From Candidatus Johnevansia muelleri (GTDB lineage: Bacteria > Pseudomonadota > Gammaproteobacteria > Johnevansiales > Johnevansiaceae): a DNA stretch of 32,000 nt. Below the pieces are notes generated by a model. It made no database searches. It saw only the letters and a program-made list of their open reading frames with translations, and was not told the DNA's origin. This document shows, piece by piece, positions 15,801 through 24,441 of the stretch. Both the position numbers and the translations under genes were made by a program. Where the stretch lies: positions 1 to 32,000 of the forward strand of contig LM655252.1 of NCBI GenBank assembly GCA_000953435.1, in the 5' to 3' direction. Positions within the stretch are counted from its first letter, which is position 1, and each line of letters opens with the position of its first letter.

Positions 15801-16098
15801 ACCTGTTATATTTATATCTAATATAATAAAAGGTGTTACTAATATTTGTAATATATTAAAATTAAATAAAATTAATTATATTATTAATATTATGGAAAGT
15901 AAAATTGAAATTAAAAAAACTTTTATTATAAGATGTACTGCTTTAATAAATCAAATAACATTAATAACAACGTTACCAGCATTATTAGCTAATTGTATTG
16001 CTATTAATTCTTATAATAATATATATATTAAAAACCTTTCTGATTTATATAAAAAAAATAATATGCCAATACCAGGATTCGAACCTGGAACCTACTGA
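12832..16098 (+). CDS. carB: Carbamoyl-phosphate synthase large subunit
   Basis: 1088-aa ORF with two ATP-grasp halves ([17 protein letters not shown] and [16 protein letters not shown]), an oligomerisation domain and a degenerate MGS-like allosteric tail. The last 35 nt, including the TGA stop, overlap tRNA-Thr on the opposite strand. Confidence 0.96.
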   Translation: MSKRNDIKSVLIIGSGPIVIGQACEFDYSGAQACKALQEENIKIILINSNPATIMTDPGMADVTYIEPINFQSIYQIINKEKPDAILPTMGGQTALNCALNLHNLGILKKFNIEMIGANVNAILKAENRAKFDLAMKKIGLECPKSGIAHNMEEACNIISYIGFPCIIRPSFTMGGSGGGVAYNIKEFKNICKNGFKLSPIHELLIDESLLGWKEYEMEVVRDKKDNAIIVCTIENFDPMGIHTGDSITIAPAQTLTDKEYQIMRNASIAVLREIGVENGGSNVQFGINYKTGRMIVIEMNPRVSRSSALASKATGFPIAKIATKLALGYTLNELKNDVTGGLTPIYFEPVLDYVVTKVPRFNFEKFPKANKILTTQMKSIGEVMSIGRNFKESLQKALISLEIGVTGIHSNLISLNIKNYYYKIKQELKYPGYDRIFYISYGFKYGMSINEIFNLSKIDKWFLNQIKEIVTVDQHIFNHKFSTINYNNLFNYKKQGFSDARLAELLNITENSLRNYRHNLNIYPVYKTVDTCSGEFPNFTNYLYSTYEEECEIKISNKKKIIILGGGPNRIGQGIEFDYCCVHATLALQECGYEIIIINCNPETVSTDYDISDRLYFEPLTFESIIEIIIKEKPIGVIIQFGGQTPLKLSNSLYKAGVKILGTIPDVIDTCENRERFKKLIQNLNLLQPKNIIAYNIKEANDRVKNFLGYPLIIRPSYVLGGRAMEIIYNNIELNYYFINNNEITNKNPILLELFLNNAIEIDIDVISDGKQVIIGGLMQHVEYAGVHSGDSACSLPAYFLSQKIQNKIREQIKIIALELNIIGMMNVQVALKDNQIYILEVNPRASRTIPFVSKCIGISLTQIAALCMIGITLSQQNFTEEILPKLYCIKEAILPFYKFPGVDPILSPEMKSTGEVMGIGSSFEEAYYKTQLESNKFLLKVNYKDIVLIYIQNCDIKFIIKICKLLISLGFTLIVMGINARLLLKYKIPVIFISNIIKGVTNICNILKLNKINYIINIMESKIEIKKTFIIRCTALINQITLITTLPALLANCIAINSYNNIYIKNLSDLYKKNNMPIPGFEPGTY

Positions 16099-16136
16099 TT
16101 ACAAATCAGTTGCTCTACCTATTGAGCTATATTGGC
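16064..16136 (-). tRNA. tRNA-Thr (anticodon UGU)
   Basis: The reverse complement folds by hand as a 73-nt cloverleaf: GCCAATA TA GCTC AATAGGTA GAGC A ACTGA TTTGTAA TCAGT AGGTT CCAGG TTCGAAT CCTGG TATTGGC A. The acceptor stem is perfect and the anticodon is TGT. No 3' CCA is encoded. Confidence 0.93.
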
Positions 16137-16163
16137 TTATTCTAAATATTTATTATTAAAAAG

Positions 16164-16235
16164 CTGGGGTACCAGGATTCGAACCTGGGTATGCCGATAT
16201 CAAAAACCGGTGCCTTACCACTTGGCTATACCCCA
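16164..16235 (-). tRNA. tRNA-Gln (anticodon UUG)
   Basis: The reverse complement TGGGGTATAGCCAAGTGGTAAGGCACCGGTTTTTGATATCGGCATACCCAGGTTCGAATCCTGGTACCCCAG is nearly identical to E. coli tRNA-Gln(UUG). The anticodon loop is TTTTGAT. No CCA is encoded. Confidence 0.93.
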
Positions 16236-16245
16236 TTTTTATTTG

Positions 16246-16318
16246 TGGCCAGAGTCGGAATTGAACCGACGACACAGGGATTTTCAGTCCCTTGCTCTAC
16301 CGACTGAGCTATCTGGCC
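16246..16318 (-). tRNA. tRNA-Phe (anticodon GAA)
   Basis: The reverse complement GGCCAGATAGCTCAGTCGGTAGAGCAAGGGACTGAAAATCCCTGTGTCGTCGGTTCAATTCCGACTCTGGCCA gives a 73-nt cloverleaf with anticodon loop CTGAAAA. It is close to E. coli tRNA-Phe. No CCA is encoded. Confidence 0.93.
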
Positions 16319-16341
16319 AATATATTAATAATAATATATTT

Positions 16342-16590
16342 TTATAATTCGTCAATTTTTATATTATTAAAAAAATCAGTCATTTTTTTTATTAAATAAA
16401 TTCTGTTTTTTAAATAAATTAAATTAATAATTTTTTCATTAATTAATTTAATTTGAATTTTAGTCCATTCATTCCATGCTATTTTAGATATATTATAATA
16501 TATATATATTCCAATTTTTCCTTGTAAAATAGGTGAATTTAAGCCTATTAGTTCTTTTTTATATTTTTTACAAAAAACTATATAAATCAT
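16342..16590 (-). CDS. yggX: Fe(2+)-trafficking / oxidative-damage protection protein YggX
   Basis: 82-aa [16 protein letters not shown]...[34 protein letters not shown] parallels E. coli YggX TIFCTFLQREAEG...[34 protein letters not shown]. Confidence 0.8.
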   Translation of the reverse strand: MIYIVFCKKYKKELIGLNSPILQGKIGIYIYYNISKIAWNEWTKIQIKLINEKIINLIYLKNRIYLIKKMTDFFNNIKIDEL

Positions 16591-16626
16591 ATAATTATAC
16601 TTATTAAAATTTATTATAAAAATATA

Positions 16627-17235
16627 ATGAATAAATCAGTTAATTATTCTAGGATTGCTTGTATATCAAGAAATACAAAAGAAACACAAATTAAACTTAA
16701 TGTTAATTTAAATGGTACAGGTAAATTTAATTTAACTTGTAATGTTCCTTTTTTAGAACATTTAATTTCTCAATTTGTTCAATATAGTAAAATTGATCTT
16801 ACTATTGAATCTAATGGTGATATACATATTGATGATCATCATATTGTTGAAGATATTGGTATTACATTAGGAAAAGCTTTTTATAAAGCATTAGGTAATA
16901 AAAGTGGTATAAACCGTTATGGATATGCTTATGCTCCATTAGATGAAGCATTATCACGTGTTGTTATTGATTTTTCAGGTAGAGCAGGTCTTTATATGAA
17001 CACTAAATTTACACGTAATATAATAGGTAAATTCGATACACAACTTTGTTTTGTGTTTTTTAAAGGATTTGTAAACCATGCTATGGTAACTCTACATATA
17101 GATAATTTAAAAGGGTTAAATGCTCATCATCAAGCAGAAACACTTTTTAAAGCATTTGGTCTTGCTATACGTATGGGAATAGATTTTGATCAAAACATGG
17201 TAGAATGTATTCCTTCTACTAAAGGTTATATTTAA
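16627..17235 (+). CDS. hisB: Imidazoleglycerol-phosphate dehydratase (monofunctional, no phosphatase domain)
   Basis: 202-aa ORF with [30 protein letters not shown] and the HHQAE motif. The length matches the dehydratase-only form. Confidence 0.95.
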   Translation: MNKSVNYSRIACISRNTKETQIKLNVNLNGTGKFNLTCNVPFLEHLISQFVQYSKIDLTIESNGDIHIDDHHIVEDIGITLGKAFYKALGNKSGINRYGYAYAPLDEALSRVVIDFSGRAGLYMNTKFTRNIIGKFDTQLCFVFFKGFVNHAMVTLHIDNLKGLNAHHQAETLFKAFGLAIRMGIDFDQNMVECIPSTKGYI

Positions 17236-17259
17236 TTTTTAAGACAAAATGAGGTATTA

Positions 17260-17880
17260 ATGGTTATTGCCGTAATAAATTATGGTATGGGTAACCTACA
17301 TTCTGTAGTTAAAGCACTAGAATATGTAACACGTGAACGTGTTATTATTACTTATGATCCTATTATTATAAAAAATGCTACACGTATTGTTTTACCTGGT
17401 CAAGGTGCTATTCGTGATTGTATGAAGGAATTAAAACGTACAAAATTAATTTATTTATTAAAAACATTAATGGAAAATAATGAAAAACCAATTTTAGGTA
17501 TTTGTATTGGTTTACAAATGTTAATGGATAAAAGTGAAGAAAATGGAGGGATACAATGTTTAAAATATTTTTCAGGTGATGTTAAAAAATTTTGTAATAT
17601 AAATTACAAAATACCTCATATTGGTTGGAATCATGTATATCAATATGTTTCACATCCTTTATGGAAAAACATTCCAAATGGTGAAAGATTCTATTTTGTA
17701 CATAGTTATTATGTAATAGAAAAAAATATTCAAAATATTTCCGGGTATACTGAATATGCAGGTATACTACCTCATGTTGCAATTTGTAAAAATTTAGTTT
17801 TTGCAGTTCAATTTCATCCAGAAAAAAGTTCTATTATGGGATTGAAGTTACTTTATAATTTTGTTAATTGGTATCCATAA
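17260..17880 (+). CDS. hisH: Imidazole glycerol phosphate synthase, glutamine amidotransferase subunit
   Basis: 206-aa ORF with a class I GATase triad context (GICIGLQML, FHPEKS). GAGG Shine-Dalgarno sequence upstream. Confidence 0.95.
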   Translation: MVIAVINYGMGNLHSVVKALEYVTRERVIITYDPIIIKNATRIVLPGQGAIRDCMKELKRTKLIYLLKTLMENNEKPILGICIGLQMLMDKSEENGGIQCLKYFSGDVKKFCNINYKIPHIGWNHVYQYVSHPLWKNIPNGERFYFVHSYYVIEKNIQNISGYTEYAGILPHVAICKNLVFAVQFHPEKSSIMGLKLLYNFVNWYP

Positions 17881-17903
17881 AATTTAAATAATATTGTTAA
17901 AAT

Positions 17904-18644
17904 ATGTTAATTATTCCAGCTATTGATATTAAAGATGGTCGGTGTGTTCGTTTAAAACAAGGACGTATGGATGAATTTACTAATTATGATAATAATCCAA
18001 TTTTTATTGCAGAAAAATTTATAAAAGCAGGAGCACGAAGATTACATTTAATAGACCTTAATGGAGCTATAAAAGGTAAACCTATTAATGAAAATGTAAT
18101 AAAACAAATTACAAAAAATTATCCAGATATTCCTATTCAAATAGGAGGTGGGATTAGAAATAGAGAAACTATTCAATATTATTTAGATGCTGGTGTTTCT
18201 CATGTAATACTTGGTACTATTGCTGTACTAAATACAAATTTTGTTATAAAAATATTAGAAGAATTTGGAAATAATATTATTATTAGTATGGATACAAGAA
18301 ATGAATTTTTATCAATAAATGGTTGGACTGAAAATTCTAATATAATAGCTATTGATCTTATACGTATATTTTATAATTATGGGTTATATGAAATTATCTA
18401 TACAGATATAAATAGGGATGGTATGATGCAAGGTTTAAATATAAAATCAATTTTAAAATTTGCTCAAGAAGGAGGACTTCCAGTAATAGCTTCTGGTGGA
18501 GTAAGAGATATGACTGACATTTTTGAATTATTAAATGCTACTAAAATATCATCTATTAATGGTGTAATTATAGGACGTGCAATATATGAAGGTAATATAA
18601 ATTTAACAGAAGCTCAAAAATTAGTTGATAATTTTAAGAAATAA
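17904..18644 (+). CDS. hisA: ProFAR isomerase (1-(5-phosphoribosyl)-5-[(5-phosphoribosylamino)methylideneamino]imidazole-4-carboxamide isomerase)
   Basis: 246-aa ORF with MLIIPAIDIKDGRCVRLKQG, the DLNGA motif and the GGGIR and SGGV phosphate-binding motifs of the HisA/HisF fold. Confidence 0.95.
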   Translation: MLIIPAIDIKDGRCVRLKQGRMDEFTNYDNNPIFIAEKFIKAGARRLHLIDLNGAIKGKPINENVIKQITKNYPDIPIQIGGGIRNRETIQYYLDAGVSHVILGTIAVLNTNFVIKILEEFGNNIIISMDTRNEFLSINGWTENSNIIAIDLIRIFYNYGLYEIIYTDINRDGMMQGLNIKSILKFAQEGGLPVIASGGVRDMTDIFELLNATKISSINGVIIGRAIYEGNINLTEAQKLVDNFKK

Positions 18645-18672
18645 TATAAGTTATTAGGAGTAGATATATAAT

Positions 18673-19446
18673 ATGATACTTGCTAATCGCATTATTCCAT
18701 GTTTAGATATAAATAAAGGTAGGGTAGTTAAAGGAGTAAACTTTAAAGGTCTACGTGATGCCGGAGATCCTGTTGAAATAGCTAAACGTTATAATGATCA
18801 AAATGCTGATGAAATAGCTTTTCTTGATATTACTGCTAGTCAAGAGAATCGCAGTACCACTTTGCATATAGTAAGTAATATTGCTAAAAAAGTATTTATT
18901 CCATTAACTGTTGGTGGTGGTATACGTAATTGTAATGATATTTGTAATTTACTTAATGCTGGGGCAGATAAAGTATCTATAAATACTTCAGCAGTATTTA
19001 ATCCTAATTTTGTTAGTAAAGCTGCAGATAGGTTTGGTAATCAATGTATTGTTATTGCTATTGATGCAAAACGTGTAAATAAAGATATTAAAAATCCTAT
19101 TTGGGAGGTATTCACTCATGGTGGTAAAAACCCTACAGGAATAGATGTTGTTAATTGGGCATATAAATTATCAAAATATGGTGCTGGAGAATTATTAATA
19201 ACTAGTATTGATCGTGATGGTACTAAAAGAGGGTTTGATATAGATCTTATTTTTGCTGTTAGTAAGATTGTTTCTATACCAGTTATAGCTTCAGGTGGAG
19301 TAGGAAATCTTAATCATTTAGTTCATGGTATAAAATTAGGAGGTGCTAATGCTGTATTAGCAGCCAGTATTTTTCATTATGGTGATTATTCAATTCAAGA
19401 AGCTAAATTTTATATGGCTAAACATAACCTGCCAATACGTATATAA
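18673..19446 (+). CDS. hisF: Imidazole glycerol phosphate synthase, cyclase subunit
   Basis: 257-aa ORF with [31 protein letters not shown] and SGGVG. AGGAG Shine-Dalgarno sequence upstream. The TAA stop abuts the radA stop. Confidence 0.96.
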   Translation: MILANRIIPCLDINKGRVVKGVNFKGLRDAGDPVEIAKRYNDQNADEIAFLDITASQENRSTTLHIVSNIAKKVFIPLTVGGGIRNCNDICNLLNAGADKVSINTSAVFNPNFVSKAADRFGNQCIVIAIDAKRVNKDIKNPIWEVFTHGGKNPTGIDVVNWAYKLSKYGAGELLITSIDRDGTKRGFDIDLIFAVSKIVSIPVIASGGVGNLNHLVHGIKLGGANAVLAASIFHYGDYSIQEAKFYMAKHNLPIRI

Positions 19447-20769
19447 TTATAAAATTATTTTTAATAATTCGGAAATTTTTTCAATACAAAAAATAGTTAT
19501 TTTTTTAAAATCAAAATTTGATTTTATATTATTTTTAGGAATAATAGCTTTAGTAAATCCATGTTTTATAGCTTCCAAAAGTCTATTTTCTATATTTATA
19601 ATGGGACGTATTTCTCCATTAAGTCCTACTTCACCTAATATTACAAATTCCATTGGTATATAACGATTATGTAAACTAGATATAATCACAGCTAATACCG
19701 CTAAATCTGCACTTGTTTCTATAATTTTAATACCTCCAACAACATTAATAAATATATTTCCTATAAATAATCCAGTATACTTATTAAGTATAGTTATTAA
19801 TAATGATAATCTATTAATATCAATTCCTACTGAAATCATTTTATAATTAATTAACTTATTATGTTCTTCTACTAATGCTTGTATCTCTACTAAAATTGGT
19901 CTAGTACCTTCTAATATTATCATAACAACATTTCCTGGTGTATTTTCTTTATTTTGCGAAATAAAAATTGAACTAGGATCTTTAACTTCTTTCATTCCAG
20001 ATTCTAACATTTTAAAAATCCCTAATTCATTAATTGAACCAAAACGATTTTTTGTACTACGTAACATACGATAATCTTGATTTGTTTCTAACATTAAAGA
20101 TACATCTATCATATGTTCTAATAATTTAGGACCTGCTAAATTTCCATCTTTAATTACATGTCCAATAAGTAATAAAACAATACCTTTTTTTTTTGCAAAA
20201 TTTATTAAAATATAAGCAGATTGACGTATTTGAATGACTCCTCCAGTCAAATACTTATTAATATTTTCAACGATCATTGTTTGAATAGAATCAATAATTA
20301 CTATATCCATAGGATTACATTCTATAATATCTATAATTTTAGTAACACTTGTTTCTTGAAGTAATTTTATACCTTTGTTAATAAATAACCTGTTTGCTCT
20401 AAATGCTAATTGTAATAAAGTTTCTTCACCAGTAATATACAATACTTTTAAATTTTGAATTATTAGTTTATTAGCTATTTGTAAGAATAATGTAGATTTA
20501 CCAGTACCAGGATTTCCTCCTAGTAATATTGTAGATCCAGGTATAAAACCCCCGCCTAATACACGATCAAATTCTTCAAATTTAGATGAAATTTTATTAA
20601 CTTTATTTAAATTAATTGTAGATATATCTATAATTTTATTTAAAGTATTTTTATAATAAGATGATTTATATTCTAATATTTTATTCCATTGTAGACAATT
20701 TATACATTTTCCTAACCATTTAGTATATTTAGTATTACATTCATAGCAAATATAATTTTTTTTTATCAA
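19447..20769 (-). CDS. radA: DNA repair protein RadA/Sms
   Basis: 440-aa ORF. N-terminal CxxC...CxxC zinc finger (CYECNTKYTKWLGKCINC), Walker A GGNPGTGKST, the RadA-specific KNRFG motif and a Lon-protease-like C-terminal domain. A TTG start at 20769 is required because there is no in-frame ATG upstream of the zinc finger. Confidence 0.93.
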   Translation of the reverse strand: MIKKNYICYECNTKYTKWLGKCINCLQWNKILEYKSSYYKNTLNKIIDISTINLNKVNKISSKFEEFDRVLGGGFIPGSTILLGGNPGTGKSTLFLQIANKLIIQNLKVLYITGEETLLQLAFRANRLFINKGIKLLQETSVTKIIDIIECNPMDIVIIDSIQTMIVENINKYLTGGVIQIRQSAYILINFAKKKGIVLLLIGHVIKDGNLAGPKLLEHMIDVSLMLETNQDYRMLRSTKNRFGSINELGIFKMLESGMKEVKDPSSIFISQNKENTPGNVVMIILEGTRPILVEIQALVEEHNKLINYKMISVGIDINRLSLLITILNKYTGLFIGNIFINVVGGIKIIETSADLAVLAVIISSLHNRYIPMEFVILGEVGLNGEIRPIINIENRLLEAIKHGFTKAIIPKNNIKSNFDFKKITIFCIEKISELLKIIL

Positions 20770-20826
20770 TATAAATACCTTAAATATAATTAATTTTAAT
20801 ATTTGTATTAAAAATTTTTTTATAAA

Positions 20827-21885
20827 ATGAGTAAATTTTGGAGTAATGAACTTAATAAATTAAAACCATATGTTCCAGGTGAACAATCTAATCAAATTAT
20901 TATTAAATTAAATACAAATGAAAATCCTTATTCTACTACTCATAATGTAAAAAAAGTATTGAAAAATTTTTCTATAGATAATTTAAAACTTTATCCTGAT
21001 CCAGATTCTAAAAAATTAAAAATTGCAATAGCAAAAAAATTTAATATAAATTATTATGAAATTTTTTTAGGTAATGGTTCAGATGAAGTTTTAGCATTAG
21101 CGTTTTTAACTTTTTTTAGAAATAATATTCCTATAATTATACCTGATATTACTTATAGTTTTTATACTGTATATTGTAAATTATATAATATTAAATATAA
21201 ATTAGTACCATTAAATAATAATTGGGAAGTTGATTTAACTGCAATGAATCAAAAAAATGGTGGAATTGTTTTTGCTAATCCTAATGCCCCCACTGGTAAT
21301 GCACACAAAAAATCTTCTATTATTAAACTTCTTTCTGATCAGAAAGAGCATGTTATATTAATTGATGAAGCATATGTAGATTTTGGATCAGAAAGTACAA
21401 TTTCACTTATTCATAAATATCCTAATCTTCTTATAATAAAAACTTTATCAAAATCTTATAGTTTAGCAGGTATAAGAATAGGTTTTGCTATAGGTTCAAA
21501 ACAATTAATTGATGGATTAAAAATAATAAAAAATTCTTTTAATTCTTATACTATAAATAGTATAAGTTCGGCTGTAGCATTATCAGCAATAAAAGATGAA
21601 AAATATTTTAATAAAAATTGCATAGCAATAATTTATACAAGAGAAAAAATACAATTTGCTTTAGAAAATCGTAAATTTGAATTATTATATTCAAAATCAA
21701 ATTTTATTTTTGTTAAACCTATAAATATATCTGCAGTTAAATTATTTATTAAATTACGTAAATTAGGTATACTTGTACGATATTTTTCAAATAAAAAATT
21801 AAAAAAATTTTTACGTATATCTATTGGTACAGAATTAAATATGAATAAATTTATTAAAAATATAGATTATTTAATTATTAATTAA
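20827..21885 (+). CDS. hisC: Histidinol-phosphate aminotransferase
   Basis: 352-aa ORF. Class II aminotransferase with the PLP-lysine context KTLSKSYSLAGIRIG and N-terminal KPYVPGEQ. The 3' end overlaps aroQ by 15 nt. Confidence 0.9.
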   Translation: MSKFWSNELNKLKPYVPGEQSNQIIIKLNTNENPYSTTHNVKKVLKNFSIDNLKLYPDPDSKKLKIAIAKKFNINYYEIFLGNGSDEVLALAFLTFFRNNIPIIIPDITYSFYTVYCKLYNIKYKLVPLNNNWEVDLTAMNQKNGGIVFANPNAPTGNAHKKSSIIKLLSDQKEHVILIDEAYVDFGSESTISLIHKYPNLLIIKTLSKSYSLAGIRIGFAIGSKQLIDGLKIIKNSFNSYTINSISSAVALSAIKDEKYFNKNCIAIIYTREKIQFALENRKFELLYSKSNFIFVKPINISAVKLFIKLRKLGILVRYFSNKKLKKFLRISIGTELNMNKFIKNIDYLIIN

Positions 21886-21891
21886 ATAATC
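21865..21891. repeat. 27-bp near-perfect palindrome (12-bp arms, 3-nt centre) spanning the hisC/aroQ convergent overlap
   Basis: gattatttaatt-att-aattaaataatc. The arms at 21865-21876 and 21880-21891 are exact reverse complements. Both stop codons lie inside it. Confidence 0.95.
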
Positions 21892-22296
21892 TACAGCTAA
21901 TAAATAACCATATATTCCTAATCCAATTATAATTGCATCGGCACGTTTTGATATATAAGATTTATGACGAAAATTTTCTCTACGATATATATTAGAAATA
22001 TGTATTTCAATAATTTTGCCATTAAATATATTAAGGGCATCTAGTATAGCTATTGATGTATGAGTATATGCTCCTGCATTAATAATAATAGCTTCATAAG
22101 AATCTTTATATGCTTTTTGAATATAATTGATTATATCACCTTCATTATTAGATTGATAAAAAGTAATATTAGCTTTTTCATTAAATTTTTTTTTTATTAA
22201 ATTTTCAATATCATTAATTGTTTTATTACCATAAATGTCTATTTCACGTTTTCCTAAAAGATTTAAATTAGGTCCATTAATTAATAAAATTTTCAT
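21871..22296 (-). CDS. aroQ: 3-dehydroquinate dehydratase, type II
   Basis: 141-aa ORF. MKILLINGPNLNLLGKREIDIYG and HISNIYRRENFRHKSY are type II DHQase signatures. Confidence 0.93.
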   Translation of the reverse strand: MKILLINGPNLNLLGKREIDIYGNKTINDIENLIKKKFNEKANITFYQSNNEGDIINYIQKAYKDSYEAIIINAGAYTHTSIAILDALNIFNGKIIEIHISNIYRRENFRHKSYISKRADAIIIGLGIYGYLLAVDYLINN

Positions 22297-22343
22297 TTGA
22301 TATCTTACAAACTATATTTTATATTTAAACATAATATAAATAA

Positions 22344-22417
22344 TAGCGGGGGCCGGATTTGAACCGACAACCTTCGGATTATGAGCCCGACGAGCTTCCA
22401 TGTTGCTCCACCCCGCA
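22344..22417 (-). tRNA. Initiator tRNA-fMet (anticodon CAU)
   Basis: The reverse complement TGCGGGGTGGAGCAACATGGAAGCTCGTCGGGCTCATAATCCGAAGGTTGTCGGTTCAAATCCGGCCCCCGCTA is collinear with E. coli tRNA-fMet. It has an unpaired 1:72 position (U:U here), A11:U24 and G-C pairs at 29:41 and 30:40. No CCA is encoded. Confidence 0.9.
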
Positions 22418-22486
22418 TAATACATAATATCAAAAAATAATGTATTTGTCAAATATAACTTTAATATATAATAAGATTATTATCTT

Positions 22487-23830
22487 ATGTTTAAAAAATT
22501 AAAAATAAATTTTGAAATAATATTTCAAAAACTTAAGTCAGAATATAAATTGACAGAAACTAATATAAAATATATTTTAATTGAAATAAAAAAAATATTA
22601 TTAGAATCTGATGTTTCTTTACCAGTAATTAAAGAATTATTAAATAATATAAATTTAAATTTTTTAAATAAATCTTTTATAAATTCTAATTTGAATCCAG
22701 TACAAACTTTTATTAAAATTTGTTATAAAGAATTAAAAAAAATAATGGGTGATACTTCAGAATTAAATATTAAAGATACTCCATCAGTTATTTTAATAAC
22801 TGGACTTCAAGGTTCTGGTAAAACAACTACTGTTGCTAAATTAGCTATTTTTATAAAAAAAAATCATAACAAAAAAATACTTTTAGTATCAGTTGATATT
22901 TATAGACCAGCTGCCATAGAACAATTAAAAATATTATCAACCGAAATTTCAGTAGATTTTTTTTCATCTAAAAATAATAATACTATTGAAATTGCTGAAG
23001 AAGCTATTAAATACGCTCGTAAAAACAATTATGATGTTGTTATTATTGATACTGCTGGTAGATTACATATAGATAATTATATGATGAATGAAATTAAAAT
23101 ATTACATACTGCAATTAATCCAGTAGAAACACTTTTTATTGTTGATGCAATGACTGGTCAAGAAGCTGCAAATATTTCTAAAGTTTTTAATGAAAAATTA
23201 TCATTAACAGGAATTATATTAACAAAAATAGATGGTGATAATAGAGGAGGAGCTGCCTTATCAATAAGATTTATTACTGGAAAACCTATTAAATTTATAG
23301 GTATAGGTGAACAACTAACTGCATTTGAAATATTTTCACCAGATAGTATAATATTTAATATATTAGGTATGGTTGATTTAAGTAGTTTTATAGAAGAAAC
23401 TAATCGTATAATTGATACAAATAAAATTAAGTCATTCTTTAAAAATAAAGATAAATTTAATTTAAATGATTTTCTTGATTATATGAAACAAATAAAACAA
23501 TTGGGTGGAATTAATAATTTAGTTTCTAAATTTCCATTTTTTAATAAATCAAATAACATTATAAATGATTTAATAAATGACAAAGATTTTATTAAATTTG
23601 AATCAATAATTAACTCAATGACGAAATTAGAAAGAAAATATCCTCATTTAATTAATGATTTACGTAAATTAAAAATTTGTTTAGTATCTGGTACAAATAT
23701 ATGTGATTTTAATAATTTAATGAAACATTTTAAAACTCTTAATAAATTTATGAAAAATTTAAGTAATAAAGAATATTTAAACAAAATTAGTGAATTTTTG
23801 AATAATGTATTTAATAATATTACAAATTAA
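22487..23830 (+). CDS. ffh: Signal recognition particle protein Ffh
   Basis: 447-aa ORF with SRP GTPase motifs GLQGSGKTTT, DTAGR and TKIDGD, followed by an M-domain. Confidence 0.95.
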   Translation: MFKKLKINFEIIFQKLKSEYKLTETNIKYILIEIKKILLESDVSLPVIKELLNNINLNFLNKSFINSNLNPVQTFIKICYKELKKIMGDTSELNIKDTPSVILITGLQGSGKTTTVAKLAIFIKKNHNKKILLVSVDIYRPAAIEQLKILSTEISVDFFSSKNNNTIEIAEEAIKYARKNNYDVVIIDTAGRLHIDNYMMNEIKILHTAINPVETLFIVDAMTGQEAANISKVFNEKLSLTGIILTKIDGDNRGGAALSIRFITGKPIKFIGIGEQLTAFEIFSPDSIIFNILGMVDLSSFIEETNRIIDTNKIKSFFKNKDKFNLNDFLDYMKQIKQLGGINNLVSKFPFFNKSNNIINDLINDKDFIKFESIINSMTKLERKYPHLINDLRKLKICLVSGTNICDFNNLMKHFKTLNKFMKNLSNKEYLNKISEFLNNVFNNITN

Positions 23831-23848
23831 TTATATTAGGTATGAAAT

Positions 23849-24088
23849 ATGATTTCAATTAGATTAACGCGTCGCGGAAATAACAAACGGCCGTTTTATT
23901 ATATTGCTGTAGCTGATTCTAGGTTTCCTATAAAAGGACGTTTTATAGAAAAAATAGGATTTTTAAATCCTATTGCTAAAGGGAAAGAAGAACGGTTTAA
24001 AATTGATTTAAATCGTATTTTATATTGGAAAAAAATTGGTGCTAAAATTTCTAATAGTGTTGTTAAATTACTTAAGGAAATTAAGTAA
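23849..24088 (+). CDS. rpsP: 30S ribosomal protein S16
   Basis: 79-aa ORF. MISIRLTRRGNNKRPFYYIAVADSR matches the S16 N-terminus. Confidence 0.95.
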   Translation: MISIRLTRRGNNKRPFYYIAVADSRFPIKGRFIEKIGFLNPIAKGKEERFKIDLNRILYWKKIGAKISNSVVKLLKEIK

Positions 24089-24121
24089 AATTGATATAAT
24101 TTTTTACTTAGTGTTTATTAT

Positions 24122-24430
24122 ATGAATAAAATATTAAAAAAAATAGAAGATAAATATATTACAAATAAAAAATTAGATTTTAAACCAGGAGATACAATTA
24201 TTGTTAAATTAAAAATTATTGAAGGTAATAGATATAGATTACAATTATTTGAAGGTATAGTTATTGCTAAAAGGAAAACTGGTTTAAATTTAACATTTAT
24301 AGTACGTAAAATTTCTTATGGAATAGGGGTTGAATGGACATTTCAAGCATATAGTCCATTAATTAAAAATATAGAAATTAAACGTAGGGGGTTAAATATA
24401 CATAAATCAAAGTTATATTATTTACGTTAA
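24122..24430 (+). CDS. rplS: 50S ribosomal protein L19 (C-terminally short)
   Basis: 102-aa [33 protein letters not shown]...[14 protein letters not shown]...IKRRG...KLYYLR is collinear with E. coli L19. It ends at YYLR, so it lacks about 14 C-terminal residues of the 115-aa E. coli protein. Confidence 0.95.
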   Translation: MNKILKKIEDKYITNKKLDFKPGDTIIVKLKIIEGNRYRLQLFEGIVIAKRKTGLNLTFIVRKISYGIGVEWTFQAYSPLIKNIEIKRRGLNIHKSKLYYLR

Positions 24431-24441
24431 TTATTAAAATA

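Noticed and set aside
16093-16098. Possible alternative genetic code (UGA read as Trp), as in some tiny symbiont genomes
   Set aside because: All conserved Trp positions I checked use TGG. No ORF needs an in-frame TGA to be read through, and carB terminates at a TGA. The standard bacterial code is sufficient.
16132-16347. 71-aa ORF on the plus strand
   Set aside because: It is the antisense translation of the tRNA-Gln and tRNA-Phe genes and has no protein-like features.
17582-17782. 66-aa antisense ORF within hisH
   Set aside because: It is a shadow ORF opposite a conserved CDS.
19379-19663. 94-aa plus-strand ORF spanning the hisF end and the radA end
   Set aside because: It is out of frame with hisF and antisense to radA, with no homology signal.
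22446-22472. ffh promoter candidate TTGTCA-15 nt-TATAAT
   Set aside because: The hexamers are good, but the spacer is only 15 nt and the implied leader would be about 8-10 nt with no Shine-Dalgarno sequence. It is plausible but not supportable from sequence alone.
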